The notes under the pieces: generated by a model
The model's database searches: none
What the model was told of the DNA's origin: nothing
The model's input: only the letters and a program-made list of their open reading frames with translations
Shown here: positions 18,827 through 28,356 of the stretch, one piece after another
Layout of the letters: every line of letters begins with the position of its first letter
How positions within the stretch are numbered: position 1 is the first letter of the stretch
Translations under genes and position numbers: made by a program
Assembly: GCA_040218735.1 (NCBI GenBank)
Contig: JAVJQW010000023.1
Coordinates: 717,043-781,042, forward strand
Source of the DNA: Deltaproteobacteria bacterium
Lineage (GTDB): Bacteria > Myxococcota > Kuafuiibacteriia > Kuafuiibacteriales > Kuafuiibacteriaceae
Direction: 5' to 3'
Length of the DNA: 64,000 nt

Positions 18827-19147
18827 ATGCGGACGGAAGGGATCGGATACGTCTTCCTGGGACGGCGGATTCATCTGGAGAGCGGTGCGTGCCGCTCACT
18901 CGACCCCTGCGAGGTTTCGCGGATGGGCGCCGTGTGGATCGACGACGACCGCATCCCCTTCGAACGCAAGTGGGACGGTCTCAGGACCGACGCGTTCATC
19001 CCGGTCGTCTTCCACTCCCCGTTCGAGCTCGCCGAAGCCCTCGTGCACCGCGCCGCCGAGGCGGCGAAGGTCATCCGCTTTCCGACGCTTCCCCCGCCGC
19101 CAATGCCTTCTGCCGGCCGAAGTCGGTATCGCGCGCGTAGCGCATGA
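18827..19147 (+). CDS. Small hypothetical protein, weak resemblance to the tyrosinase caddie MelC1
   Basis: MRTEGIGYVFLGRRI...VWIDDDRIPFERKWDG...FHSPFELAEALV fills the gap between two minus-strand genes; 3' end overlaps the SDR gene. Confidence 0.45.
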   Translation: MRTEGIGYVFLGRRIHLESGACRSLDPCEVSRMGAVWIDDDRIPFERKWDGLRTDAFIPVVFHSPFELAEALVHRAAEAAKVIRFPTLPPPPMPSAGRSRYRARSA

Positions 19148-20198
19148 TGCGGTCGAAGTACTCCGAGACCTGCGGGGGCCGCAGCGCGATCGCGGCGTCG
19201 GTGTTCGCGGTCGAGAACGTCGGGTTGCTGCGTAGGTAAGGGAGGAACACGCCGCCGCGGCGCGCGACGTCCGGGCGGACGAGCATCAGCAGCGGCTTCA
19301 GCACCGGCCGGAGCCAGCGCATGTACAAGTCCGGATCGATGTAACGCACCGGCTTGCGGTCGAACACCGTCCGCGCGATCGCGACGAGCTCCTCGATCGT
19401 CGACTGCCGCTCGGGTCCCGCCGCGAGGTGGAACGTCTTCCCGACCGCGTCGTCCAGATCGAACAGCGCGAGCATCGCGTCCGCGACGTAGTCGACCGGC
19501 ACCACGTCCACGAAACACGAGGGCCGCCCGAACAGCGTTCGGAAGCGACCGCGCGCGTACACCTTCATCGGCCAGTACAGCACCTTGAAGCTCGACGCGC
19601 GCCCGGTGCGCGAGTCGCCGACGATGATCGACGGGCGGTGCACCGTGACCGGGAGCCCGTCGGCCTTCGCGGCCCCGACCTCCACCTCCGCGAGGAGCTT
19701 CGTGCGTTCGTAGCTGTTGCGCGGCGTCTGGCCGACGTCGAGGTCCCCTTCGAGCGCGACATCTTCCCGATCCCCCGCGACGTACGCGGTGGAGACGTGG
19801 TCGAAGCGGACGAGCTTCCCCGCGTCTGCAAGTTGCCTTGCGACGCCGAGCGCCTGCTTCGTCCCGCCGACGTTCTGTTCCAGCATGTGCGCGTACGGAA
19901 GATCGAACCGAACCTCCGCCGCCCCGTGGACGACCTGCACCGGCCCCGCGTCGAGCCAGGCGCGCGCGTCGGCGTCGAGGCCGAGCCCGTCCTGGGTGAC
20001 GTCGCCGAGCGCGACGGTCATGGTGTCGGTCGAGACGTTGGGCGCCGTGTGGCGGACAACCTCGGCGAGCCGCTGGGCGGCGTCGGTGTCAGCGCGGGGT
20101 CGAGTGGTGACGAGGACGTCGGCGCGTCGTTCGAGGAGTCGGACGAGCACCTCGCGACCGAGGAAGCCCGTGGCGCCGGTGAGGAGGTAACGCGTCAA
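19071..20198 (-). CDS. Extended SDR / thioester-reductase-like (fatty acyl-CoA reductase-type) oxidoreductase
   Basis: LLTGATGFLG, VVHGAA, HVSTAYVAG, YERTK, RPSIIVGD, VPVDYVA. Confidence 0.9.
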   Translation of the reverse strand: MTRYLLTGATGFLGREVLVRLLERRADVLVTTRPRADTDAAQRLAEVVRHTAPNVSTDTMTVALGDVTQDGLGLDADARAWLDAGPVQVVHGAAEVRFDLPYAHMLEQNVGGTKQALGVARQLADAGKLVRFDHVSTAYVAGDREDVALEGDLDVGQTPRNSYERTKLLAEVEVGAAKADGLPVTVHRPSIIVGDSRTGRASSFKVLYWPMKVYARGRFRTLFGRPSCFVDVVPVDYVADAMLALFDLDDAVGKTFHLAAGPERQSTIEELVAIARTVFDRKPVRYIDPDLYMRWLRPVLKPLLMLVRPDVARRGGVFLPYLRSNPTFSTANTDAAIALRPPQVSEYFDRIMRYARDTDFGRQKALAAGEASESG

Positions 20199-20638
20199 TG
20201 CGCGTTGAAGAATCGCACGGCGTTGGCGTCGGCGGCGCGGATGGCCGACACGGCCTCGGAGGACACGATGATGTGGGAGTCCGGGGCGCCGTTTTCGACG
20301 ATCGCGAGGCGACCGGAGGCCAGGCCGCCGGAAATCTGCTGGCTCACGAAGAGCTTACGGACGCGGCCGTCGCGGAGCGGGAAGTAGAACTCGACGTCGC
20401 CGCGGGTGTTGCCGCGGACGCGGTGGATCTCGACCGCCTGGAGAATCTCGAGCCGAGCCGGGTCGGAGGTGTCGACCATTCGGTTCAGGGGCTGCGCCGC
20501 GATTTCCTTCTTCGTCGGCTTCGCCTGGACAGGCCGCTTCTTCTTCTTGGGACGCGAGCGGCGCTGAGATTCGACCTTGGTCACTTGCTCCTCGGACACC
20601 AAACCGGCCTTCAGGAGCTGATCACGGAGATTCTGCAT
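20195..20638 (-). CDS. DUF2058 family protein
   Basis: NLRDQLLKAGLVS N-terminus; FYF...GLASGRLAIV. Confidence 0.8.
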   Translation of the reverse strand: MQNLRDQLLKAGLVSEEQVTKVESQRRSRPKKKKRPVQAKPTKKEIAAQPLNRMVDTSDPARLEILQAVEIHRVRGNTRGDVEFYFPLRDGRVRKLFVSQQISGGLASGRLAIVENGAPDSHIIVSSEAVSAIRAADANAVRFFNAH

Positions 20639-20756
20639 TCGTTGGGTCGGACATGTGCAGCATCGTTCCTACAAATGCAACCAACTTTAACGCAGCGTTT
20701 CAGGGCGGGACCGTGGCGTCTGGACACGTCGCGCGCCCGGACTTGAGGATCCCCCC

Positions 20757-22124
20757 ATGCGCGAGCTCGTCTGGATGACGGCCTTCGCCTTGGTGGCATG
20801 CGCCGAGGCGCGCCCGATCGATCGGCCGGACGACGAACCGCCGCCCGCCCTCGAACCGCTCGTCCGCATCGCCGAAGATCGCCCGCTGCGCCCCTGGCTC
20901 TTCCTCGACGACGAGCACCTGCTCGTGGCGGAGCGCCAGACGCTCCACTATGACGACGTCTTCGTCATCGATCTGCCGACGCGGACACTCACCCCCCAGG
21001 TTCCCCCCAACGGCAGCCCGTGGCGGTCGCTCACGCTCGGGGGCTACGGAGCGGGCGCCGTCGAACACCCGCTCTACGTTCGCACCCGCGCCCCCGACGG
21101 CGGCGCCGCCGACTTCTTGTGGCGCGCGGACGACGGATCGTTCGCGCCCGTGTACGAGAGCGCGTGCCCGACCGACACGCCGCGCGTCTTCTACGACGAC
21201 GCCGATCGTTGGCTCGTCTCCGAGGTCCGCGAGGATCGCTGCGAAGGATCGCGCACCCTCATCGTCACGGACCTCGATACAGGCGCGACGGAACGCATCA
21301 CCGACGGGAGCGCCGACGCCCGAGGCGGACAGTTCGTCCTCGGGAGCTTCTTCTTTCTGAACGGCGCCGCGCTCGAACGCTACGACCTGACTTCGAAGAC
21401 GACCGAGGTCGTCGTCGACGCAATCCCCGCCGCGGACACCGCCGGGTTCGACGACACCGCACCGGGTGACTTCGCCGTCTCCCGCCTCGGTCACGTCGCG
21501 TTCCTCGTGGGCTCGACGCTGACCGTCCGAGACCCGACCTCCGGCCTCGACGTGGTCGTGAGCGAGGACGCCCACGCCGTCATCACGTGGTCCGGCGACG
21601 GGCGCGCGTTGACGTACCTGGCCGAGATCTCCCGAGGTGAATACCGGCTCCAGGTGTTCGATCGATTCGAACGAACGCGTCGCGCCCTCGCCCCGAACAC
21701 GTACGCCGTCACCTTCCCCACGAACGCCGAACGTACGCGGTTCTCGTTCACCGGCGATCGCGGCACCTACCTCGCGACGTTCGACGACGACCCCGTGCGC
21801 ATCAGCGACTGCGAAGCCCGCTCGGCCGCGATGCTCGCGGACGGTGTCATCGTGTGGTGCCGCGACACGGCCGTCGTCACGGACGGAGCCGGCGCACCGC
21901 GTTTGGCGATGGCCACGAGCGACGCTCCTGCCGTCGTCTCACCGAACGAACGGTGGGCCATCGTTCGGCAGGACACCGTCGGCCTTCACGTCCTCGATCT
22001 TCACGACCTCACGACGGAGGTCATCGTCGTGCCCGGCGAGCTCCGCAGCGTGGTCGCGACGACCGACCGGAGGTTCGCGGTGACGACGGGTCAGACGATC
22101 GAGGTTCACGTCTGGCCGGAGTAG
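20757..22124 (+). CDS. Hypothetical lipoprotein, probable beta-propeller (TolB-like)
   Basis: FALVAC lipobox; repeated beta-strand units such as WSGDGRALTY and VSPNERWAIV. Confidence 0.7.
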   Translation: MRELVWMTAFALVACAEARPIDRPDDEPPPALEPLVRIAEDRPLRPWLFLDDEHLLVAERQTLHYDDVFVIDLPTRTLTPQVPPNGSPWRSLTLGGYGAGAVEHPLYVRTRAPDGGAADFLWRADDGSFAPVYESACPTDTPRVFYDDADRWLVSEVREDRCEGSRTLIVTDLDTGATERITDGSADARGGQFVLGSFFFLNGAALERYDLTSKTTEVVVDAIPAADTAGFDDTAPGDFAVSRLGHVAFLVGSTLTVRDPTSGLDVVVSEDAHAVITWSGDGRALTYLAEISRGEYRLQVFDRFERTRRALAPNTYAVTFPTNAERTRFSFTGDRGTYLATFDDDPVRISDCEARSAAMLADGVIVWCRDTAVVTDGAGAPRLAMATSDAPAVVSPNERWAIVRQDTVGLHVLDLHDLTTEVIVVPGELRSVVATTDRRFAVTTGQTIEVHVWPE

Positions 22125-22125
22125 G

Positions 22126-23181
22126 TCAGCGCTTTACGGCTTCGAGGACGTCGACGATCTCTCGCACGCGCGGGTACCGACGCCTCGCGTCCGGCTCGAG
22201 CGCGCGCATCAACACCGGATCCACGCGACGGTCGAGCGCCTTGTTCTTCTTCGACGGCTCCGCGAAGCGGCCGAGCGGCAGCTCACCCGTGAACATCTCG
22301 TAGAGGAGCACGCCGTAGGAGTAGACGTCGGCGCGCTGGTCGACGCGGCCCGCGTCCTGGCGCTGCTCGGGCGCCATGTAGTTCACGGTGCCCATCGAGA
22401 TCCGCGAGCCGGTGAGGTTCACGTAGGAGCGGTCGCTGTAGAGGATGTCCGCGAGGCCGAAGTCGCAGATCTTCGCGATGTGGCCCTCGGGGCCGCCGTC
22501 GGCGAGGAGCACGTTCTCCGGTTTGAGGTCGCGGTGCACGACGCCCTTGCCGTGCGCGTAGTCGAGGCCGCGGCCGATCTGCACCGCGAGGTCGAGCGCC
22601 TGCGACAGTCGCAAGCTACGTTGCGAGAGCATCCGCCGGAGCGTCGGGCCGTCGACGTACTCCATCACGAAGTACCAATTGTTCTCGACGTTGCCCTGGT
22701 CGATGATCGAGACGACGTTGTGGTGCGCGAGCGCCGCCAGCGCCGCCGCCTCGCGCTTGAACCGCAGGATGAACTCCGGCTGGCTCACGAGGTCCGAGCT
22801 CATGAGCTTCAGCGCCACGGGGCGGTCGAGGGATATCTGCTTGGCGCGGTAGACGGTGCCCATCGCGCCGCGACCGAGCACCGTGCCGACCTCGTACCCC
22901 GCGAGCATCGTCCCGAGCGCGATGTCGTTCTGCGCGGTGCGGTGCTGCTTGGTCGCCGGGCGCGGCGGCCGCTGCGACTCGTTGCCCCCGGGCGCTCCGC
23001 CCACGGGCTTGATCTTGCCGCGCTCGAGATCTTGTCCGTACTGCGTGTCGTTGCGGACGACCGCGAACTTGATCCCGCAGCGCCGGCAGCGAACCTTTTG
23101 ACCGGAGACGTAGATCCCCACGTCGTACTTCGCGCTGCAGTTCGGACAACGCTGAACGACTTGCTTCCGCGCCAAGACCAT
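22126..23181 (-). CDS. Ser/Thr protein kinase with N-terminal zinc ribbon
   Basis: CPNC...VRCRRC; LGRGAMGTVY, VALK, VHRDLKPEN, DFGLA, GTVNYMAPE. Confidence 0.95.
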   Translation of the reverse strand: MVLARKQVVQRCPNCSAKYDVGIYVSGQKVRCRRCGIKFAVVRNDTQYGQDLERGKIKPVGGAPGGNESQRPPRPATKQHRTAQNDIALGTMLAGYEVGTVLGRGAMGTVYRAKQISLDRPVALKLMSSDLVSQPEFILRFKREAAALAALAHHNVVSIIDQGNVENNWYFVMEYVDGPTLRRMLSQRSLRLSQALDLAVQIGRGLDYAHGKGVVHRDLKPENVLLADGGPEGHIAKICDFGLADILYSDRSYVNLTGSRISMGTVNYMAPEQRQDAGRVDQRADVYSYGVLLYEMFTGELPLGRFAEPSKKNKALDRRVDPVLMRALEPDARRRYPRVREIVDVLEAVKR

Positions 23182-25158
23182 CTAGCTCCCTGTGGCGCTG
23201 TCCGCGCCTTCCTGCAACCGCACGGCCTCGTACACGTTGACCTCTTGCTCCTTGCCCTTCACTTGGCGGGTCCCCAGATAGCGCGCCTCGATCCGATCCG
23301 CAATGAGGGCCTGGGTCCGGTCGGAGATGATCACCTGGTCGCCCTCGGCGAGGCCGCACAGGCGCGACGCGGTGTTCACCGTATCGCCGATCACCGTGTA
23401 CTCGAGCCGTCGCTTCGACCCCATGTACCCCGCGACCAGCTGCCCGGTGTTGACGCCGACGCCCATGCGAATCGGGTCCGCGTTGCGCAGGGCGCGCTCG
23501 TCGTTGAGGTCGCGAATCGCGTCGCGGAACTCGATGGCCGCGGCGACGCAGTTGTACGTCGACTCCTCGACGTCGTCGCCCTCGAGCGTGCCCCAGGTCG
23601 CCATCAACGCGTCGCCGATGAACTTGTCGAGCACGCCGTGCCGCGTGAACACGATCTCCACGAGCCGCTCGAAGTACTCGTTCAGCAGATCGACGACCTC
23701 CTGCGGCCCCCCCGCCGTCTCCGACAGCGAAGTGAACCCGCGGATGTCACAGAAGACGACCGACGCTTCCGTCTCACGCCCGCCCTTCTGAATGGGCTGG
23801 CCCTTCCCCTGGACCATCTCCTCCACCACGTGCGGCGGCAGGAAGCGGTTCAGCTGACCGCGCGTCTTCGCCTCTTCCTCGATCTGCCGAACGAGGCGCG
23901 CGTTCTCGATCGCGATCGCGGTCTGCGTCGCGATCGCCTTGAGCACCTGCAGGTCCTTCTCGGTGAACGCGCCGACGCGCTCGCGCGAGTCGAGGTGCAT
24001 CAACCCGAGCACCTTGTCGTGCGCCACCAACGGCACACACATCGCGGCGCGAATGCCCTGCGCGATGATCGACTGCGAGCCCGAGAACCGCGGGTCGAGG
24101 AACGCGTCCGACGACAACACCGACGCACGCTCCTGCAGCGCGCCGTTCACGATCGTCGAGGACAGCAGAATCTCCTGCTTGTCGTCGCCGCCGTCCTTCT
24201 GCCGGACGGTGTGCGGCACGAGCGTGTTGGTGTCCGCGTCGACCAACATGATGACCGCGTTGTCCGCGGGGAACATCGAGAACACGACGTCCAGCGTGCT
24301 CTGCAACAGCTTCGACAGGTCCGTGGTCAGGCCGATGCGCGCCAGCTCGTGCGACAGGCGGAGCTTTTCGTAGTCGCGCTTGAGGACCTCGACGTCGTGC
24401 ACCTCGGTGACGGGCTTGAAGTCCTCTTCCTCCTCCTCCTGGAGCTTCGCGTGGATGTGCGTGGAGCCCGCCGGGTCCTGCGGGAGGATCGTGACGAGGT
24501 CGCGCACGCTCGTGCGCGGGTCGTCCGGCACCTGCATTACAAACTGCAGACGCATCGAGCCGAGGAGCAGCTCGTCGCCGTCCTTCATGTGCGCTTCGGT
24601 GATGCGGCGCGTGTTGAGGTACGTGCCGTTCGACGAGTTCAGGTCGCGGACCCACCACTCGCTCCCGCGCAGCTCGATGATCGCGTGCTCCTTCGAGATC
24701 TCGCGGTCGTTGAGGCGGATGTTGTTCTTCGGGTGACGCCCGACGCTGTTGACCTCGTCCAACACGAAGTCGGTCTCGAGGCCGTCCGGGCTGACGTAGA
24801 GGATCTTCGCGAGCGGCGTGTCGTCGTCGTTCGTCTTGTCGCGTGCCTTGGGCACGATGACCGCCGCGGCGACCGGCCCCGACCGACGACGGCGGCGCCC
24901 CGCCCTGAACGGCGCGGTCGCCTCGCGCTCCCCGTCGGGCGTCCGCGGGACCCCGCCCGGCGGCGTGCCCGGGTTGGACGCGTGACGCTGCGGCGTCTGC
25001 TGCCGCGGCACCTGGGGCGGCGGCGTCGTGCTCCCGCCCCCCGCCTGAATCGCCGCAGCGCCGAATGGTTTACGGCAGTGCTGGCAATAGACGATCGCGG
25101 TCGTCGGCGGACGCTGAAATTCGTTCAGAGCACCGCAGTGCGGACACCAAGCGCGCAT
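23182..25158 (-). CDS. Zn-ribbon + FHA + GAF + class III adenylate cyclase
   Basis: CPHC...CQHC; FHA VGR...SKEHA...DLNSSNGT; GAF AMCVPL...GLMHLD; cyclase FCDIRGFT, DKFIGD, YTVIGDTVNTASRL (Lys/Thr residues of ATP-specific cyclases). Confidence 0.93.
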   Translation of the reverse strand: MRAWCPHCGALNEFQRPPTTAIVYCQHCRKPFGAAAIQAGGGSTTPPPQVPRQQTPQRHASNPGTPPGGVPRTPDGEREATAPFRAGRRRRRSGPVAAAVIVPKARDKTNDDDTPLAKILYVSPDGLETDFVLDEVNSVGRHPKNNIRLNDREISKEHAIIELRGSEWWVRDLNSSNGTYLNTRRITEAHMKDGDELLLGSMRLQFVMQVPDDPRTSVRDLVTILPQDPAGSTHIHAKLQEEEEEDFKPVTEVHDVEVLKRDYEKLRLSHELARIGLTTDLSKLLQSTLDVVFSMFPADNAVIMLVDADTNTLVPHTVRQKDGGDDKQEILLSSTIVNGALQERASVLSSDAFLDPRFSGSQSIIAQGIRAAMCVPLVAHDKVLGLMHLDSRERVGAFTEKDLQVLKAIATQTAIAIENARLVRQIEEEAKTRGQLNRFLPPHVVEEMVQGKGQPIQKGGRETEASVVFCDIRGFTSLSETAGGPQEVVDLLNEYFERLVEIVFTRHGVLDKFIGDALMATWGTLEGDDVEESTYNCVAAAIEFRDAIRDLNDERALRNADPIRMGVGVNTGQLVAGYMGSKRRLEYTVIGDTVNTASRLCGLAEGDQVIISDRTQALIADRIEARYLGTRQVKGKEQEVNVYEAVRLQEGADSATGS

Positions 25159-25320
25159 CTTCCGTCAGCGGCTCCCCACTCGCCCGGACATCGATTCGTG
25201 GATCAGGAGGTGCGGTGAGTCCACGCGGGACGCTAGCACGGCTCCTTCCGGTTTGCACGGTAGGGGTGGTGCTCGACCTCAGGGTCGGACAAGCTCGCCG
25301 AGCCCGAGGCCGAAGAAACC

Positions 25321-27822
25321 TTGAACCTGCCCGTCACCAAGACCGCGCCGGCGCTCGCCCCCGCGCCGCGCCACCGCGCGGCGACGCTGAATCGGCTCCT
25401 CGCGCCCTTCTTCGACCGAATTCGCATCGACGAGGAGGACGCGCACCGCCTGCGGAGCGCCCACGAGAAGGGGATCGTCGTCCACGTCCTGCGCGCCTCG
25501 CGCGCGATGGACCCGCTGTACATCCTCTACGCCCTCGAGCGCCTCGGGCTACCGGCGCCCGGCTGGCTGCACGATCACTTCGCGGCCAAGAACAGCGCCC
25601 GCGTCACGGAGCTCATCCAAACGGTCGAAGGCGAGCAGACGGCCCTCCTGTTCCTGAAGCGCCCCAAGACACTCCTCAGCTCCAGCTCGTCGTACCAAGA
25701 GCGCTACGTCGAGGCGCTCCTCGACCTGCAGCGGAAGACGGACCGGCCCATACTCTTACTCCCGGAGACGCTGAACTGGGAGAAACGCGCAGTCGGTCTA
25801 CGACGCACGATCATCGATTCGATCTTCGGGGACCGCGACGCCCCGGGCCGGATGCGCGAGGCGCTCGGGTTCTTCTGGCACCACCGCTCGTCGCGCTTCC
25901 ACGTCGGCGCGCCGGTCGACCTCGCCGCGGTCATCGAGCGCGAGAAGGGCCAGCGCAACGAGGTCATCGCCAAGAAGATCCGCTGGGCGATCCTCCACCA
26001 CCTCACGCGCGAGGAGCAGATCCGCACCGGCCCCGTCCACCGCTCCGCGGCGCGCACGCGACAGAACGTGCTCAACGACGGGAGTGTCCGGCGCTTCTTC
26101 CAGGAGCGCGTCAAACAGGGCGCTGAGCTGCCGGACCTCGAGAAGAAGGCCGACGAGATCCTCCGCGGCGTCGCCGCGGACATGCGCTACGGCTGGCTGC
26201 GGGTCCTCGACGCGATCATCGACGTCATCTGGCACCGCATCTACGACGGCATCGTCGTCGACGAAGAGGGCCTCGCCGCCGTTCGCCGCGCGGCGCGGAA
26301 GGGCTCGGTGGTCCTCGTCCCGAGCCACAAGAGCCACGTCGACTACCTCGTCCTGTCGCAGGTGTTCTTCAAGGACGGGATGATGCCCCCGCACATCGCG
26401 GCCGGCGACAACCTCAACTTCTGGCCGATCGGCCACATCTTCCGGCGGTCGGGCGCGTTCTTCATCCGGCGTAGCTTCAAGGGCGACAAGCTCTACACGA
26501 TCCTCTTCGGCGCGTACGTGCGACGCCTCCTCCGCGAGGGGCACGCCGTGGAGTTCTTCATCGAGGGTGGACGCAGCCGGACCGGGAAGCTCCTCCCGCC
26601 GAAGATGGGGATGCTGTCGATGTGCGCCGACCCGGTGCTCGAAGGATCGATCAACGACGTCTCCTTCATCCCGGTGTCGATCGGCTACGAGAAGGTCGTC
26701 GAGGCGAAGTCGTACGCGAAGGAGCTACACGGCGGCGAGAAGAAGAAGGAGGCCGTCGCGGGCCTGCTCTCCTCGACGCGGGTGCTCGCCTCCAAGTACG
26801 GGCGTGTCTACGTCGACTTCGCGCAGCCGATCTCCCTGCGCGTGTTCGCCGCCGCACGCGGCCACGAGATCGGACGCGAGGACAACGAGGGCCACCGCCG
26901 CGTACTCATCGGCCAGCTCGGACACCGCATGGTCTACGGCATCAACGAGGTCACGCGCGTCACGCCGACGAGCGTCGCTGCGCTGGTGCTCCTCGGCGGA
27001 ACCCAGCGCGGGATCGCCGAGGAAGATCTGTACGCCGGCGCCGACCGGGCGATCGACTTCCTCCAGGCGAAGAAGGCGCGCCTGTCGGAGGTCCTCGCGC
27101 CGAACACCCGACGCGCCGCGCTCCGCGAAGCGCTCGGCCGCTTCGCGAGCGAAGGCCTCGTCGTCATGACCCCCGCGCCCGACGGCGCGACGATCTACCA
27201 GGTCAACGACGCCGGCCGCCTCGCGCTCGACTACTACAAGAACAACATCCTGCACTTCTTCGTGCCGTACGCCGTGGTCGCGCTCGCGGTGCTCGCGAGC
27301 GGCGACGCCGCCGTCCCCGAAGCCGACGTTCGCGTCCGCGCGCAGGAGCTGTCGCGCCTCCTCAAACACGAGTTCTCGTTCCGCGTGGACAAGAGCTTCG
27401 ACGACAACTTCGCCGAGGCACTCGACGGGCTCGTCGCGCGCCGCACGGTGGTCGCCGAGGACGGCACCATCGCCCTCACCACCAACGGCCGCACCGAGGC
27501 TCACGCGCTCGCGGGGCTGCTCGCGGTCTTCCTCGAAGCCTACCGGCTCGTCGCCGAGACCCTCGGCGAGCTCACCGAGGAGACCCCCGAAAAGGCGTTC
27601 CTCGCCCTGGCCCTCCGCCGCGGCGGCCGCCAGAGCCTCGAGGGACGCATCGCGCGGGCCGAGGCCGTCTCCCAGCCCCTGATGAAGTCGGGCCTCGCGC
27701 TCCTCCGCGAAGACGGCGTCGCCGACAAGAGCGGTCATATCAAAGTGTTGGACGAGGCCGGCCGGAAGGAGGTCGTCGAGCAGCTCGGCGTCTACCTCGG
27801 CGCCCTCATCCGCCCCGCCTGA
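25321..27822 (+). CDS. plsB: Glycerol-3-phosphate O-acyltransferase (PlsB-type)
   Basis: PSHKSHVDY (HX4D), IAAGDNL, GAFFIRRSF, FFIEGGRSRTGK, PVSIGYE, YYKNNILH. Confidence 0.92.
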   Translation: MNLPVTKTAPALAPAPRHRAATLNRLLAPFFDRIRIDEEDAHRLRSAHEKGIVVHVLRASRAMDPLYILYALERLGLPAPGWLHDHFAAKNSARVTELIQTVEGEQTALLFLKRPKTLLSSSSSYQERYVEALLDLQRKTDRPILLLPETLNWEKRAVGLRRTIIDSIFGDRDAPGRMREALGFFWHHRSSRFHVGAPVDLAAVIEREKGQRNEVIAKKIRWAILHHLTREEQIRTGPVHRSAARTRQNVLNDGSVRRFFQERVKQGAELPDLEKKADEILRGVAADMRYGWLRVLDAIIDVIWHRIYDGIVVDEEGLAAVRRAARKGSVVLVPSHKSHVDYLVLSQVFFKDGMMPPHIAAGDNLNFWPIGHIFRRSGAFFIRRSFKGDKLYTILFGAYVRRLLREGHAVEFFIEGGRSRTGKLLPPKMGMLSMCADPVLEGSINDVSFIPVSIGYEKVVEAKSYAKELHGGEKKKEAVAGLLSSTRVLASKYGRVYVDFAQPISLRVFAAARGHEIGREDNEGHRRVLIGQLGHRMVYGINEVTRVTPTSVAALVLLGGTQRGIAEEDLYAGADRAIDFLQAKKARLSEVLAPNTRRAALREALGRFASEGLVVMTPAPDGATIYQVNDAGRLALDYYKNNILHFFVPYAVVALAVLASGDAAVPEADVRVRAQELSRLLKHEFSFRVDKSFDDNFAEALDGLVARRTVVAEDGTIALTTNGRTEAHALAGLLAVFLEAYRLVAETLGELTEETPEKAFLALALRRGGRQSLEGRIARAEAVSQPLMKSGLALLREDGVADKSGHIKVLDEAGRKEVVEQLGVYLGALIRPA

Positions 27823-27865
27823 ATCGCCCCATCCTGGCCCACGGGCCGGTGCCCCAGAGATCCGT

Positions 27866-27891
27866 TGTCACAGTTGCGCAAGAGCGTGACA
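27866..27891. promoter_or_regulatory. Candidate operator TGTCAC-N14-GTGACA upstream of the lipoprotein-LruC operon
   Basis: Perfect 6-bp inverted repeat in an AT-richer intergenic region about 80 bp before the ATG. Confidence 0.35.
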
Positions 27892-27972
27892 CTCTCGATA
27901 GTTATCTTCCGGTTTTGAGCGACGGATTCCGACGCGTGAAATCGGGACCGCGAGCGCTCGGGGAACACATCC

Positions 27973-28356
27973 ATGTCGAAATCCATCTACCTGTGGGCCG
28001 TGCTGGCCGTCGCCGCGATCGCGGCCTGCAGCAACGGCCCCGCCGACACCACGCCCACCGACAACCTCGATCGGGTCGAGATCCCGGAAGACTTCAGCTT
28101 CGTGACGAAGAAGTCCGTCGCCCTGAAGGTCCGCGCCGCCGCGAGCGTCGTCGAGAACGGCGCCGCGCTCGAGGTCAAACGCGAGGACGGCCGTATCCTG
28201 TACATGGGTCCGATCCAGGCCGGGCAGGACGTCGACCTGAAGCTCAACCTCCCCACCAAGGACGAAGCGGTCACCGTGACGCTCCAGTCCAACGATACCG
28301 CCCAGTCGGCGCGTGTGCTGATCGACTCGGGTGAAGCGACGGCGGAGTTCGAATGA
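27973..28356 (+). CDS. Small lipoprotein, partner of the LruC-domain protein
   Basis: IAAC lipobox; IPEDFSFVTKK motif; ATGA overlap with the next gene. Confidence 0.85.
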   Translation: MSKSIYLWAVLAVAAIAACSNGPADTTPTDNLDRVEIPEDFSFVTKKSVALKVRAAASVVENGAALEVKREDGRILYMGPIQAGQDVDLKLNLPTKDEAVTVTLQSNDTAQSARVLIDSGEATAEFE

